DNA of 64,000 nt from Octopus sinensis (taxonomy: Eukaryota): contig NC_043006.1 in NCBI RefSeq assembly GCF_006345805.1, positions 100,998,001-101,062,000 of the forward strand, given 5' to 3'. Positions within the stretch are counted from its first letter, which is position 1. Every line of letters begins with the position of its first letter. Made by a program: the position numbers and the translations under genes. The notes beneath the pieces were generated by a model, which saw only the letters and a list, made by a program, of their open reading frames with translations, did no database searches and was not told the DNA's origin. Positions 26,132-38,634 of the stretch are shown one piece after another.

Positions 26132-26343
26132 TGCATGTGTGTGTGTTTGTGTGTGTGTGTTTGTCCCCCTAGCATTGCTTGACAACTGGTGCTGGTGTGT
26201 TTACATCCCCGTCACTTAGCGGTTCAGCAAAAGAGACCGATAGAATAAGTACTGGGCTTACAAAGAATAAGTCCCGGGGTCGATTTGCTCCAGCATGGCT
26301 GCAGTCAAATGACTGAAACAAGTAAAAGAGTAAAAGAGTAAGA

Positions 26344-26345
<2 letters not shown>
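25923..26345 (+). mobile_element. SINE family A, full length with a small internal deletion
   Basis: Head GGAGGAGTGGCTGTGTGGTAAG, central (TA)n, tail AAAAGAGT repeats. Confidence 0.9.
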
Positions 26346-26400
<55 letters not shown>

Positions 26401-26451
26401 TGTTAATTTGTGCTGCAAGATTCTTAATGTAAAATCGTGTGTTGAAATAGT

Positions 26452-28096
26452 TGTTGTATTTCAGAATGGTCATTTTGGGGGGTCAAATAAACACACACAT
26501 TATATATTCGCTCTTCACTAGTTTATTATTGTTCTTATTCTAACTCATGTCCATTGTCCAGAAATCTTTCATCACACATCTGTGACCTATTCAATGACAC
26601 TTTCCATCTCCATGTGTGCTCTTGCTCCACTTATTTCATTCTGTTCTTCTATGATGTGTGCATGAGTTTGCATCCATGTTTGTGTGCGTGTGTGTGTGTG
26701 TACATATGTTCATGTGTGTGTGTCATTGTTCTTAGTAGCTCTACGACCTTCCCCTTAACCCTGTATCCTCCCCTGTTGCCACTGCTGCTGTCCTAGGACC
26801 CAAAATTTGGTACAGTTCCTGTATCCCTCTGTATTTATGTGTTTGCCCATGCTGCTGCCAATGTGATGGTTGTTGTTGTTGTTACTAATTCCATCATTGT
26901 TACTGCTGTTGTTGTTGTAGTTGTTATTCATGTTCTTGATACTGTTGCGACCATCTGTGAAGTTACTGTATGTGCATCTCTGTGTGTGTATGGGCTCACT
27001 TCCTATGTTGTTTGTATCTGAACCCTTTAAATCAATGTTTTATTTATTTATTTATTCATATCTTTTATCTATCTCTATTTCTTATATTTATTACAGTTAT
27101 CTAATAAATATATTTATCTTATATTTAACTATTTCTATTTGTTATATGTATCACAGGTATGTGCATATGTCTATTGTGGGTGTATTAACCTGTTTGTATC
27201 TGTGTTTTATTTTTTTACCCCTCTCTGTCTTTAGTCATCATGTTGTGTGGTGTAGTGGTTGGTGTTATTGTCTCATTTGTGTTTTCTATTGAGGCTTGGT
27301 TTGTCTACTGCTATGTGTATAACCTCTGTGATCTGTCTAAATGTCGTGTCTGTTCTATGATTCGATAATACCTTCACCTCTGTGCTATTAATCAAGCCTC
27401 TATGTTCTGTTCAAGCATGTTGCTAGAACACTGACAAGCCTTTCTTTTCTTTGAGCTCTCATCATTGTTCACCTCTTCGCTCCCCATGCTGTGTGCAGTC
27501 TCTCCAATGTAAGTAGTTGTCAGGTTTCTGCACCATCCCTCAGTACATAGTAACCTATACACTATATTCTTAACCTTACAGTTAACCTGTGGGTTCATCC
27601 TACATACAATACAATTATTCTCCATACATGGGGACTTATCAAAGGGATAAGTTCTGCAGATCTGAGATTTTATAGGGACACCAGGCCTTTCTACTACTTT
27701 AATCTGTAGATTACCCTTACATAATGATTTTCTAAAAAGGTCCTAGGACAACAGCAGTGACCATGGAGGAGGAATGAGGCTGATGGGAAGGTCATAGAAT
27801 TACAAAAAACAATGACACACACACACACAAATGCACACATGTACACACACACACACACACATGGATGCAAGCACATGCACATATAAGGATATACATCATA
27901 GAAGAACAGAATGAAATAAGTGGAGGAAAAGCAGACATGGAGAGTGTCACTTAAGAGGTCACAGATGTGTGACAAAAATTTCTTGGCAATAAACATGAGT
28001 TAGAATAAGAACAATTGTAAACAAGTGAAGAACGAATATATAGTGCATGTGTTTATTTGTCAAAAGGAAAAAAGGACCATCCTGAAATACAACAAT
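26452..28096 (-). mobile_element. Penelope-like element remnant: GIY-YIG fragment between inverted ~350-bp repeats
   Basis: Minus strand 27625-27280 reads NCKVKNIVYRLLCTEGWC...YIGETAHS, then after a frameshift SVF*QHA*TEH...EVKVL...FRQITEVIHIAVDKPSLNRK. Diverged inverted copies at about 26452-26800 and 27740-28096. Confidence 0.8.
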
Positions 28097-28102
28097 ATAT
28101 AT

Positions 28103-28144
<42 letters not shown>

Positions 28145-28194
28145 TAGCTGAAGGTGACCCGCTCTACGCGCGGGTAAGAGTGTGGGTGTTACTT

Positions 28195-28522
28195 TCTGTT
28201 GCTTCCTTTCAGCACGTAAAAAGCACCATCCGAACGTGGCCGATTGCAGCACCGCCTTGACTTGCTTCTGTGCCGGTGGCACGTAAAAGGCACCAACCGA
28301 TCGTTGCCACTGCGAGCCCCCCTGGCACCAGTGCCGGCGGCACGAAAAAAGCACTCACTACACTCACAGAGTGGTTGGCGTTAGGAAGGTCATCCACCTG
28401 TAGAAACACTGCCAGATCAGACTGGAGCCTGGTGCAGCCTCCTGGCTTCCGAGACCCCGGTCACACTGCCCAACCCGTGCTAGCACGGAAAACGGACGTT
28501 AAACGATGATGATGATGATGAT
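28195..28522 (+). mobile_element. RTE 3'-UTR-derived short element
   Basis: GGCACGTAAAA...CACC subrepeats, GAGTGGTTGGCGTTAGGAAGG, AAACGGACGTTAAACGATGATGATG tail, shared with the RTE at 50347-51312. Confidence 0.8.
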
Positions 28523-29511
28523 TCTCCGTATTTGTTTCTCTCTCACTTTCCCACTCTCTTACTTTTCTTTTCTCTCGGACTCTCCCTTGCTTTCTCTTAC
28601 TCTCTATCTTTATCTATCTCTCTCCCATTTATAAACAACAGAAGATCTTGAGTAAGTTGAGAAATAAAATATTTAGAAAGATCAATCAGAAATATGAGGC
28701 AGTGGCAATGGAAAGGTCTGCTTCAAGGCAGACAGCAAAACGCTAACATTTAAAAGGGACAGACGAACTTGCGAGCTGAATAAAAATAATAAAATATTGG
28801 AAACCAAAGTTTGAAGGGATATAATCTGAGGATAGTAGAGTCACCATGGCTGGCATTTGTTAACGACGGACAGCAACGTAGTGACAGTTTAACGGCTGGC
28901 GTAAAAGTTTGAACTTGATGTAAAAGAAAATTCGTAAACACCAAATTTTGAAGTGATTCTTTCTCATGACAGTAGACTCACCATGGCAAGCATTCAAAAC
29001 TTCTTTATCATGGACGGCAACACATTGACGATTAAAAGGCTGGCGCAAATTTTTTAGCTTGATGTAACAGAGAATTCCTAAACACCCGCTCCTTGAAATT
29101 TTAATCCCCTTCCAGCCCCATTTAGACCCCTTTTCACATTTTGGTTAATATAACCCGATTTCATTCGGGTCTACTGGGGCCACATTTTATAAGATGAAGA
29201 ATTTTGTCGTAGAGGTGACGCCTTTCATTTGAGGAACAAAATAGTTGTCATGCAAACTTGTCAGCACCTTTAACATAGGTGTGCATATTTTCAGCTGAAT
29301 CGACCGACTACGTAATGCACACATTATATATATATGTGTATATATATATATATATGTGTGTGTGTGTGCACGCATTATATATACAAATGTATACAAATGA
29401 GATATATATCTGTATAAATTAAATTAGAGATAAAACCACTAATAGGCAAATCAAACAGTGAAAAACCAAAAACAAAAACATAAAAAAAGAAAATATAACA
29501 TAGAAAATATA

Positions 29512-30524
29512 TCTACATATATAAAACTGTAGTTGTGTGAGTGTCTGTCCCGTTCGATTTAGATTCCTAACTACTCCCACATTTTGCGGTGCAGTTTAAC
29601 CAAATTCGGGTATCTTATAGTCGTGATTCATATCGAGCCCGTCTGGGTATTAGCGCGCGTCTACGATGAGTGTACGATTTTAAAAATAATTTAACATCAT
29701 TTTTTATTCCATTTTAAAGCATATTTTTTCGTGTGTCGATGGCGGCGGAGTTGGCGTCCACGCTCACGCCTGCACCTGTGTTGCTTCTCCTCCTTCTTCC
29801 CTCCCTCGTGAAGCTGTGGGGAAGGGAGTGTAAGGAAATCAACGTCGTAATGCGTTGTCAAGGAGACCAGCGTTCTTTTAGAACAACGACTTCATGGCTT
29901 GAAGTCGCCAAAACAGAAATCGCTAAAAAAGCTGAAACAGATCCACAAAAACGGCAAAAGCCGCCACACAGGGCAGGTTTCCTGCGCAAACAATTTGCAC
30001 AAGCGAATGTTTTAGTTGTTGCACAAATCTTTATATATAAAAGTAAGGTTGTGTGTCTCCTACGATTTAGATTCCTAACTACTCCCACATTTTGCGGTGG
30101 AGTGTAACCAAAACCGGGTATCTTATAGTCGTGATTCATATCGAGCCCTTCTGGGTATTAGCGCACGTCTACGATGAGTCTACGATTTAAAAAAAAAATT
30201 ACCATCATTTTTTATTCCATTTTAATGCATTTTTCGCTATTATATAAGGGAAGTAACTCTCTAAAAATGTGTACGATGAGTCAACGATTTAAAAAAAAAA
30301 TTACTATAATTTTTTATTCCATTTTTAATGCATTTTTTGCTATTAGATAAGGGAAGTAACTCTCTAAAAATGTCTACGATGAGTCAACGATTTAAAAAAA
30401 AAATTACTATAATTTTTTATTCCATTTTTAATGCATTTTTGCTATTTTTTTGCTATAACTCACTAAAAATGCTTATATAGTTATTTCCCTTACAAACCCA
30501 AGCAACGCCGGGCGATACTGCTAG
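29512..30524 (+). mobile_element. Non-autonomous Helitron (inner), 1013 bp
   Basis: A|TCTACATATATAAAA 5' end and CCCAAGCAACGCCGGG...CTAG|T 3' end; inserted between A and T with no TSD. Internal duplication (29565-29720 vs 30065-30230) and ~100-bp tandem units at 30170-30440. Confidence 0.85.
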
Positions 30525-31397
30525 TAAAATATAAAATTGAAAACTTTAAATTATTTAAATTGAAAATTAAAATTATTAAATTATATTTATAATTTGTTTA
30601 AAAATATATATAACTATGAAAAAGTATGAAAAAGTTTAATATACATAAATACAGATATATACACTTTGTATATATACATTATATATACATATTTATATAT
30701 AGAACACACACACACACACACATACATTATATATAGAACACACACACACACACGTACATTATATATACATATTTATATATAGAACACACACACACACACA
30801 TATAAATGAACGCAAGAATATCTGATTCATAATATTTGTTCTCATGCTCGTGTGTTGGTGACAGACATATACTTAAAAGAACGTCGCCGAAGTGATAGGA
30901 AGGTAGGAAACAGAGTCAGTGAAAAAGAAAGGAAATAGCGATAGTGACAGATACTTTAAATAACGGTAGTGGACTTCTGAAAGTTATGAAGAGGAGTAAG
31001 AGAGGGAAAGGAGGAAGTAGGGTGAGTGAGGAAGATGGCCCCTAGCAACCACACCTTTTAAGATAGGGATTTCTAAGGTAGCCCACGCGCATCGTCACCT
31101 CATTCTACATGTCCCTGTAAATTTTGGAGCGAATCGGACGGGATGTAGTGGCATTGAAAGCGAACCAAGCGGTAAAAACGCATTTCAGTTTTATATATAG
31201 AATTTTATATATAGAGATATATATATATATATATATCTTTTTCGCTTTTATTTGTTTCAGTCATTTGACTGCGGCCATACTGGAGCATCGCCTTTAGTCG
31301 AGCAAATCAACCCCAGGACTTATTCTTTGGAAGCCTAGTACTTATTCTATCAGTCTCTATAGTAGGTTACCCTCATAACCCCTATCTTACTTTGTAC

Positions 31398-31446
<49 letters not shown>

Positions 31447-31550
31447 AATAAATGAAAGAATGGACTCGAACGAAGATGTTAACAAAATTCCTTTACTCTC
31501 GTAAATTCCTTTAGTTAACATCTTCGTTCGACTCCATTCTTTCATTTATT
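31447..31550. repeat. 37-bp inverted repeat with a 30-nt spacer
   Basis: Arms 31447-31483 and 31514-31550, one mismatch. Confidence 0.9.
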
Positions 31551-32231
31551 CATATACAACACACAAATTTCTACACATGAACCCGGAGTTTCTACCCTTG
31601 ACAAGTCACTTCAACTGTGTTTTCTGACGTGAATTTGCTACCCAGGTTTCGGTTAAACGAATTTTCCATGCTGACGATAAACATAGGATAATTCATTCAC
31701 CTACTTATATCTATATATATATTTGTATATATGGAAGTTAAAGTCTGCTTTTGGCCTACAGGCCCATTAAGTCAGAACATATGCAGAATTCCACAGTGTT
31801 TAATATGCTGGGAATATAAACTCCCAGCTACAATTTTAAATCCCCAGCTGTCACCAGTATTCATTTTCAGCAATATAAAATGAAATGCCCTCGTCAGCAC
31901 CAAGTCCAGGAAGGGAATGAACAATCTGATGATTGCAAGACCAACATCCTTATAACACATAATCATACATACATACATACATACATGCATACATACATAT
32001 ATAAACAACACATAGTAACACTCAATACATTTGGAGCTGTATTTTGTAACAGGTTGACTCGTTACTTAAGATTACATTAGCATAGAATTAGCATTCTAAT
32101 GCAGCTGCACACTGATGTCCACAGATAAATGTGTGTGTATTATGTGTGTGTGGAGCTTGTGTATGCATGCATACACATACACACATACAGATGAATAAGT
32201 GCATGTGTATACACACACATACATAAGATGT

Positions 32232-32425
32232 ACAGTAATCCCTCGACTATCGCGGGTGTTATGTTCCAAAAAACCCCTGTGATAGGGAAAATTCACAAAG
32301 CAGAAACAATGCTGTACTGTATATTTTTCATATTATTTTTATAATTTGTATATATTTATTTTATTATAAATGCAAAACAACACCACAGAGGAAGCGACAT
32401 AAGTTTAATAATAAATCGCGATTGG
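32232..32425 (+). mobile_element. Tigger/pogo-like terminal fragment
   Basis: TA + CAGTAATCCCTCGACTATCGCGGGTGTTATGTTCC terminus typical of pogo/Tigger-type elements; the other end was not found. Confidence 0.55.
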
Positions 32426-32431
32426 TGATCC

Positions 32432-32765
32432 GGCGCATGGCTCAGTGGTTAGAGCATCGAGCTTACAATCATGAGGTTGTGAGCTCGAATCCCAGTCCGG
32501 GCTGCGTGTTGTGTTCTTGAGCAAGACACTTTATTTCACGTTACTCCAGTTCACTCAGCTGTAGAAATGAGTTGCGACGTCACATGTGCCAAGCTGTATC
32601 GGCCCCTTTGCCTTTCCCTTGGATAACATCAGTGGTGTGGAGAGGGGAGGCTGGTATGCATGGGCGACTGCTGGTCTTCCATAAACAACCTTGCCTGGAC
32701 TTGTGCCTGGGAGGGTAACTTTCTAGGTGCAATCCCATGGTCTGTGTCATGACCGAAGGGGGGTC
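32432..32765 (+). mobile_element. SINE family C, near full length
   Basis: GGCGCATGGCTCAGTGGTTAGAGC, GCTCGAATCCC, CTTGAGCAAGACACTTTATTTCACG. Confidence 0.85.
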
Positions 32766-33430
32766 TCAGGTGAACCGGGATAGGTGAACTGCAATAGGTG
32801 AACCACGCTATGGTGAGGCATTATATACAAATATATATACACTCTCACGCATAGATGCATACACTCATACATACATACATACATACACACACATATACAT
32901 ACATATTTGCCTACATACATACCTACACACATACACACATACTTACATACACATGTGACAACAGAAGTATCAACAGATGGTTGAACAAATTCTTATATGT
33001 AAATCATATGCACCATGTACAATAACAACGTAGCCTTACTGTGAAAATATTACCAGCAGATAAGCCTCAGGAGTTTTAACAGTTAAAAGTGAGAGAATTG
33101 TCCAAGCATTGACATTTTCTTAAGACTCATTAGGGATTTCTTACTTCTCCTATCAACCTCCAAGCTCAAGGAGAATATAGCTTCTTATGAATAATGTAAA
33201 CAAACTGTTACTAGTGTAAAGAAATTTGCGTAAAGATATAAGGTTCACATTCGGGATTTCATGACAATGGTGTGAATATAGTGTGATAATAGATAAATAT
33301 GAATAGGGAAATCAAATACAATATGTTTACTATCGCAGTGAAAATATAACCCAAGGATAAGACTTGTGAGTTATGACACTTTAAAGCTTCTGAAGTTTAT
33401 CCAATATTTCAGGCATATATTACAAGGCAT

Positions 33431-33461
<31 letters not shown>

Positions 33462-33627
33462 CACACACATACACACAGGCACATACACACACAAACACAC
33501 ACACACACACACACACATGCACACACACATACACATACACACATACACACACACACATGCACACACACACATTTACACATGCACAGACGTGCACACACAC
33601 ACACGTCGCAGGTATTACTATGTGGAA

Positions 33628-34022
33628 GTGCAGGTGTGGCTGCATGGTAAGAAGCTTGCTACCCAACCACCTGGTTCTGAGTTCAGTCCCAATGCATGGC
33701 AGCTTCAGCAAGTATCTTCTACGATAGCCTCGGGCCAGCCAAAGTCTTGTGAGTGGATTTGGTTGATGGAAACTGAAAGGAGCCCATTGTGTGTGTGTAT
33801 GTGTCTGTGTGTCTATGTTTGTCCCTCCACCATTACTTGACAACCGGTATTGGTGTGTTTCCATCCCTGTAACTAAGTGGTGTGGCTAAAGAGATCGATA
33901 GAATAAGTACTAAGCTTTAAAAATAAGTTCTGGAGTTGATTTGTTCAACTAAAACCCTTCACGGTGGTGCCCCAGCAAGGCCACAGTCAAATAACTGAAA
34001 CAAATAGAAGATAAAAGATAAA
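33628..34022 (+). mobile_element. SINE family A, diverged
   Basis: Head, body and tail recognisable. Confidence 0.8.
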
Positions 34023-34107
34023 GAGAAAAGAAATATGTGGGGGGGGGGCGTGTGTCTGTGTGTGTGTGTGTGTTTATAGAGGAAGAACACAAACGGAGTT
34101 TCAAATT

Positions 34108-34184
34108 CACAACAGCTGTTTCAGTAGCATTTTATTAATGAACACTTAGTTTACATCATGACTAAAATCCACCACCTTCAGGTA
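34108..34184 (-). ncRNA. Degenerate hammerhead-like motif with a long stem II
   Basis: Minus strand TAC-CTGAAGG-(tgGTGGATTTTAgt...TAAAATGCTAC)t-GAAA-CAGCTGT-T-GTG: palindromic stem III ACAGCTGT, A9>G change in the core. Confidence 0.4.
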
Positions 34185-34489
34185 CTTTTAGGGAAACAAA
34201 TAGTTAGGCAAATAGGGAATTTAAGTTGACCAGCTCACCAAGGTATACATGGTGAGAACAAGTGTGTATATATATATATGGTTATGTGGTAAGAAGCTTG
34301 CTTCCCAACCACATGGTTCTGGGTTCAGTCCCACTACATGGCCCCTTGGGCAAGTGTCTCAAGGTGGTACCCCAGCATGGCCACAGTCAAATGACTGAAA
34401 CAAGTAAAAGATAAGCAATAATAGATATTTATATTCATTCATAATACTATTCTCATGATCATTATTGTTTTTAATATGCTTACTAAGGT

Positions 34490-35070
34490 GGTAAGCAAGC
34501 AGAATTATTAATACACTGGACAAAAGCTTAGCAGCATTTCATCCATCTTAAGGTTCTGAGTTCAAATTCTGCCTAGGTCGACTTACCTTTCATCTCTTGG
34601 GATCGATGAAATAATTACCAGTTAAGCATTGGGCTTGATGTATTGACTGGCCCCTTCCCTCGAAATTTCAGGTTTGGTGTCTATATAAGAAAGGATTATT
34701 ATTAATGTAATTATTAAGGTGGTGAGCTGGCAGAATCGTTAGTATGCCGGGAGAAATGCTTAGCAGTATTTCGTCTGTCGCTACATTCTGAGTTCAAATT
34801 CCGCTGAGGTCGACTTTGTCTTTCATCCTTTCAGGGTCGATAGATTAAGTACCAGTTACACACTGGGGTTGATGTAATTGACTTAATCTGTCCGTGTTTG
34901 TCCCCTCCGTGTGTAGCCCCTTGCAGGCAGTAAAGAAATAAGAATTGTTAATAAGCTGAATAAAATACTTCATGGCATTTCATTTGTCCTTATGTTCTGG
35001 GCTCAAATTCCCCCAAGGTCAACTTTGCCTTTCATCCTTTGAGGGCCAATAAAATAGGTACCAGTTGAGA
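34490..35070 (+). mobile_element. Three co-oriented SINE B-type copies (best: 34716-34940)
   Basis: Repeated CTGAGTTCAAATTC...GGTCGACTTTG..TTTCATCC cores near 34555, 34790 and 35000. Confidence 0.8.
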
Positions 35071-35814
35071 AATGAGGTTAATTTTATTTGTATTTGTTTT
35101 TTGTTCTAGCTAATCCATGCTGGGACAAAGAGAAAAATCATATATCTCTGCTTTAAAAAGGTGGAAATTGACAAAATCTTTTTGCATATCAAATAATACA
35201 ACAGGCTCTTTAGGGTGTGTCAGCAGTTTTTGCAATTGAAAATGGAAAAAGCTATGGATCTTTCTGTTGTACTTTTTGAGTAGTCAAAACACAAGCTGAT
35301 ATTGTCTGCATTTGTGCCCATAGCAGAAAGGATATTTATTCCAGCTCTTACTTTCTTAGTACCCAGGTAGGTCTGGTAAATTTGTTTGTATGTATCTCAG
35401 GGTATGATGTAGTTTCATAGCTAGTGGTCACTTTTCTGTTGCAGTATGGGAAAGGGATCAAAACAGGTTTAATGAAAGGTGACTTGCTTTCAGAGAGTGT
35501 CAAAATAGACGTACAATCCCCCATGTCCCTGAAATTCATAGAATGATATTGGAATTTTGCCCAGTAGAAGTGTCTGAGACAAAAGGGCATGAGACAAAAT
35601 AAACAGAGTAGAAAGCTTTGTTATTATATTTGTTGGAATAAAACACATTCTATAGTTGAATATCCCAACAAACTGGAAAGACTTAGTAAAAAACGAAGAA
35701 ACCAAAAATAATGAAAAGCAATGGCAACAACAAAAAGAACAATTGATCCTAGTTTGCAGGGTACCAGCAGCAAAAACTCTAGGGAAAGTAAAAGAAATAC
35801 CTTTATCATAAATA

Positions 35815-36250
35815 TCATCATCATCATCATCATCATCGTTTAACGTCCGTTTTCCATGCTAGCATGAGTTGGACGGTTTGACTGCTGTCTGGGAAGCCAG
35901 GAGGCTGCACCAGGCTCCAGTCTGATCTGGCAGGGTTTCTACAGCTGGATACCCTTCCGAATGCCAACCACTCCGTGAGTGTAGTGGGTGCTTTTTACGT
36001 GCCACTGGCACAGGTGCCAGGGGAGGCTGGCAGTGGCCATGATAGGTTGGTGCTTTTTACGTGCCACCGGCACAGAAGCCAGTCAAGGCAGTGCTGGCAT
36101 CGGCCACGTTCGGATGGTGCTTTTTACATGCCACAGGCACAGGTATCACAACTACAATTTCCATTTGATATTTATTTTGATGTTGATGTACTTGACTCAA
36201 TAGGTCTCCTCAAGCACAGCAGGTCGTTCTGCAATCCAAGGTACTTTGGA
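35815..36250 (-). mobile_element. RTE 3'-UTR-derived fragment
   Basis: (CAT)n tail at 35815-35838, then CGTTTAACGTCCG...GCCAACCACTCC and GGTGCTTTTTACGTGCCAC subrepeats. Confidence 0.85.
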
Positions 36251-37120
36251 TGGGCTGGAGTAAAAAATTGTTCCCTAACAATACCAACTTATAATGCAAC
36301 ACTTTTATTGCATGATGAGAAAGAAATGATCACAGATGAAAATACCAGAAGAAAAGAATAGAGAAAATCATAAAATGACATAACATAAAATTATGGAAAA
36401 GGGATAAGAGGAACATTTTCTTCTAAATGACAATAAAATCCCTCCTCAGAAAGAAAATGACAAAATAAAATGCAGAGTATGAAGATTAACCAAAATTCAC
36501 TATTCTATGAAAAACAAACAGTTAATAGGCAAAATTACACATCTCTGGTGCTACAAACTCTCCGAGGAGGTTAGAATGACATAAAAACAGGTTCAGGATA
36601 TAAACAACATACAAAAGATAGACAGTTAGTAAAATTAATATTTACTTAGCAGTCACATGGTTCCAAGTTCATTCTTATTGTGCAGCACATAGGACAGGTG
36701 TCTTCTAGTAGAGCTCTAGACCAAACAATGCTTTGTAAGTGAATTTGGGAGGCTGAAATCATGTGGAATATGTGGTGTGTGTGTATGCCACTACTTGACA
36801 GTTAGTTTTGGTTTGCTTATGTCCCTAAAACTTCGCAGTTCAGCAAAGAAAGCATTAGATTAAATACACACACAGACTTCAAATAAGTACAGACTTCTTT
36901 GAGTTTCTGACTACTTAACCTACTGACAAGGCTTTGGTTGGCTCTTAGCAATAGTAGAAGGCACTTACTCAAGGTACCACATAGTGGGACTGAACCCAGA
37001 ACCATGTAATTGTGAAGCAAACTTATTACCATGCAGTATGCCTGCCCCTACCTACAAACACACTTATTATTACAAGGTTTTGTTCTGTGATATATTTTAT
37101 TTTATTTGGTTTATTCATTT

Positions 37121-37528
37121 ACTCTTTTACTCTTTTACTTGTTTCAGTCATTTGACTGCGGCCATGCTGGAGCACCGCCTTTAGTCAAGTAAATCAACCC
37201 CGGGACTTATTCTTTGTAAGCCCAGTACTTATTCTATTGGTCTCTTTTGCTGAACTGCTAAGTGACAGAGACGTAAACACACCATCATTGGTTGTCAAGC
37301 AATGCTAGGGGGACAATCACAGACACACAAATACACACATACATATATATATATATACATATATACGACAGGCTTCTTTCATTTTCCGTCTACCAAATCC
37401 ACTCACAAGGCATTGGTCGGCCCGGGCCTATAGCAGAAGACACTTGCCCAAGATGCGACGCAGTGGGACTGAACCCAGAACCATGTGGTTGGTTAGCAAG
37501 CTACTTACCACACAGCCACTCCTGCGCC
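37121..37528 (-). mobile_element. SINE family A, full length
   Basis: Head GGCGCAGGAGTGGCTGTGTGG on the minus strand; matches other copies. Confidence 0.9.
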
Positions 37529-37777
37529 TATTTATTTATTTATTGCTGACATGGATTTAGAATAGCAAAAATATTGAGTTCTATTCAAGCTGGCTCACAC
37601 TGGAACAATATTTGCTGTTGTTTAATCACTGGACATTGAGTATTTCATAATGACTGCAATAATCTGCTGGACATCTGGTAAAGACTGAGGTTCACCAGAT
37701 GCCACATGTTCAAGAAGTAGCACATGCTGACTGTAGTGATCTGCTAGATTGTTGATATACAGATAGATAGATAGATT

Positions 37778-37821
<44 letters not shown>

Positions 37822-37828
37822 GATAGAT

Positions 37829-37859
<31 letters not shown>

Positions 37860-37892
37860 AATATAAATAGATAGATAGATAGATAGATAGAT

Positions 37893-38122
37893 ACAAAATA
37901 TTAAGGAAAGACCCTTACAGGTCATTTGACTCACTTGAAAAGAGCAGCCAAAACTCAAACCGCAAAAATAGTAGTAATTCTGAAAGCTAAAGGAGAAATA
38001 AAAACGTTTATCCTTTTCACTCCTTTAGCTTTCAGAATTACTACTATTTTTGCGGTTTGAGTTTTGGCTGCTCTTTTCAAGTGAGTCGAATGACCTGTAA
38101 GGGTCTTTCCTTAATATTTTGT
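37893..38122. repeat. 103-bp near-perfect inverted repeat with a 24-nt spacer
   Basis: Arms 37893-37995 and 38020-38122, one mismatch (TTTGAC vs TTCGAC). Confidence 0.92.
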
Positions 38123-38224
38123 TGAATATATTATATAGTCTGTGACTATTTCTATTTTCTCACTTGACCGCTGGTTGCAGAAAGTTTTTCTTGAATTTTT
38201 TCTTGAATTTTTTTGCTACCCTAT

Positions 38225-38634
<410 letters not shown>

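Larger units (their letters stand above)
28144..31217 (-). mobile_element. Non-autonomous Helitron (outer) with nested insertions
   Basis: Minus-strand 3' end: hairpin ACCCGC-GCGTAGA-GCGGGT then CTAG|T at 28144. 5' end A|TCTCTATATATAAAATTCTATATATAAAACTG at 31217-31186. Internal subrepeats at 28730-29100. Confidence 0.7.
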
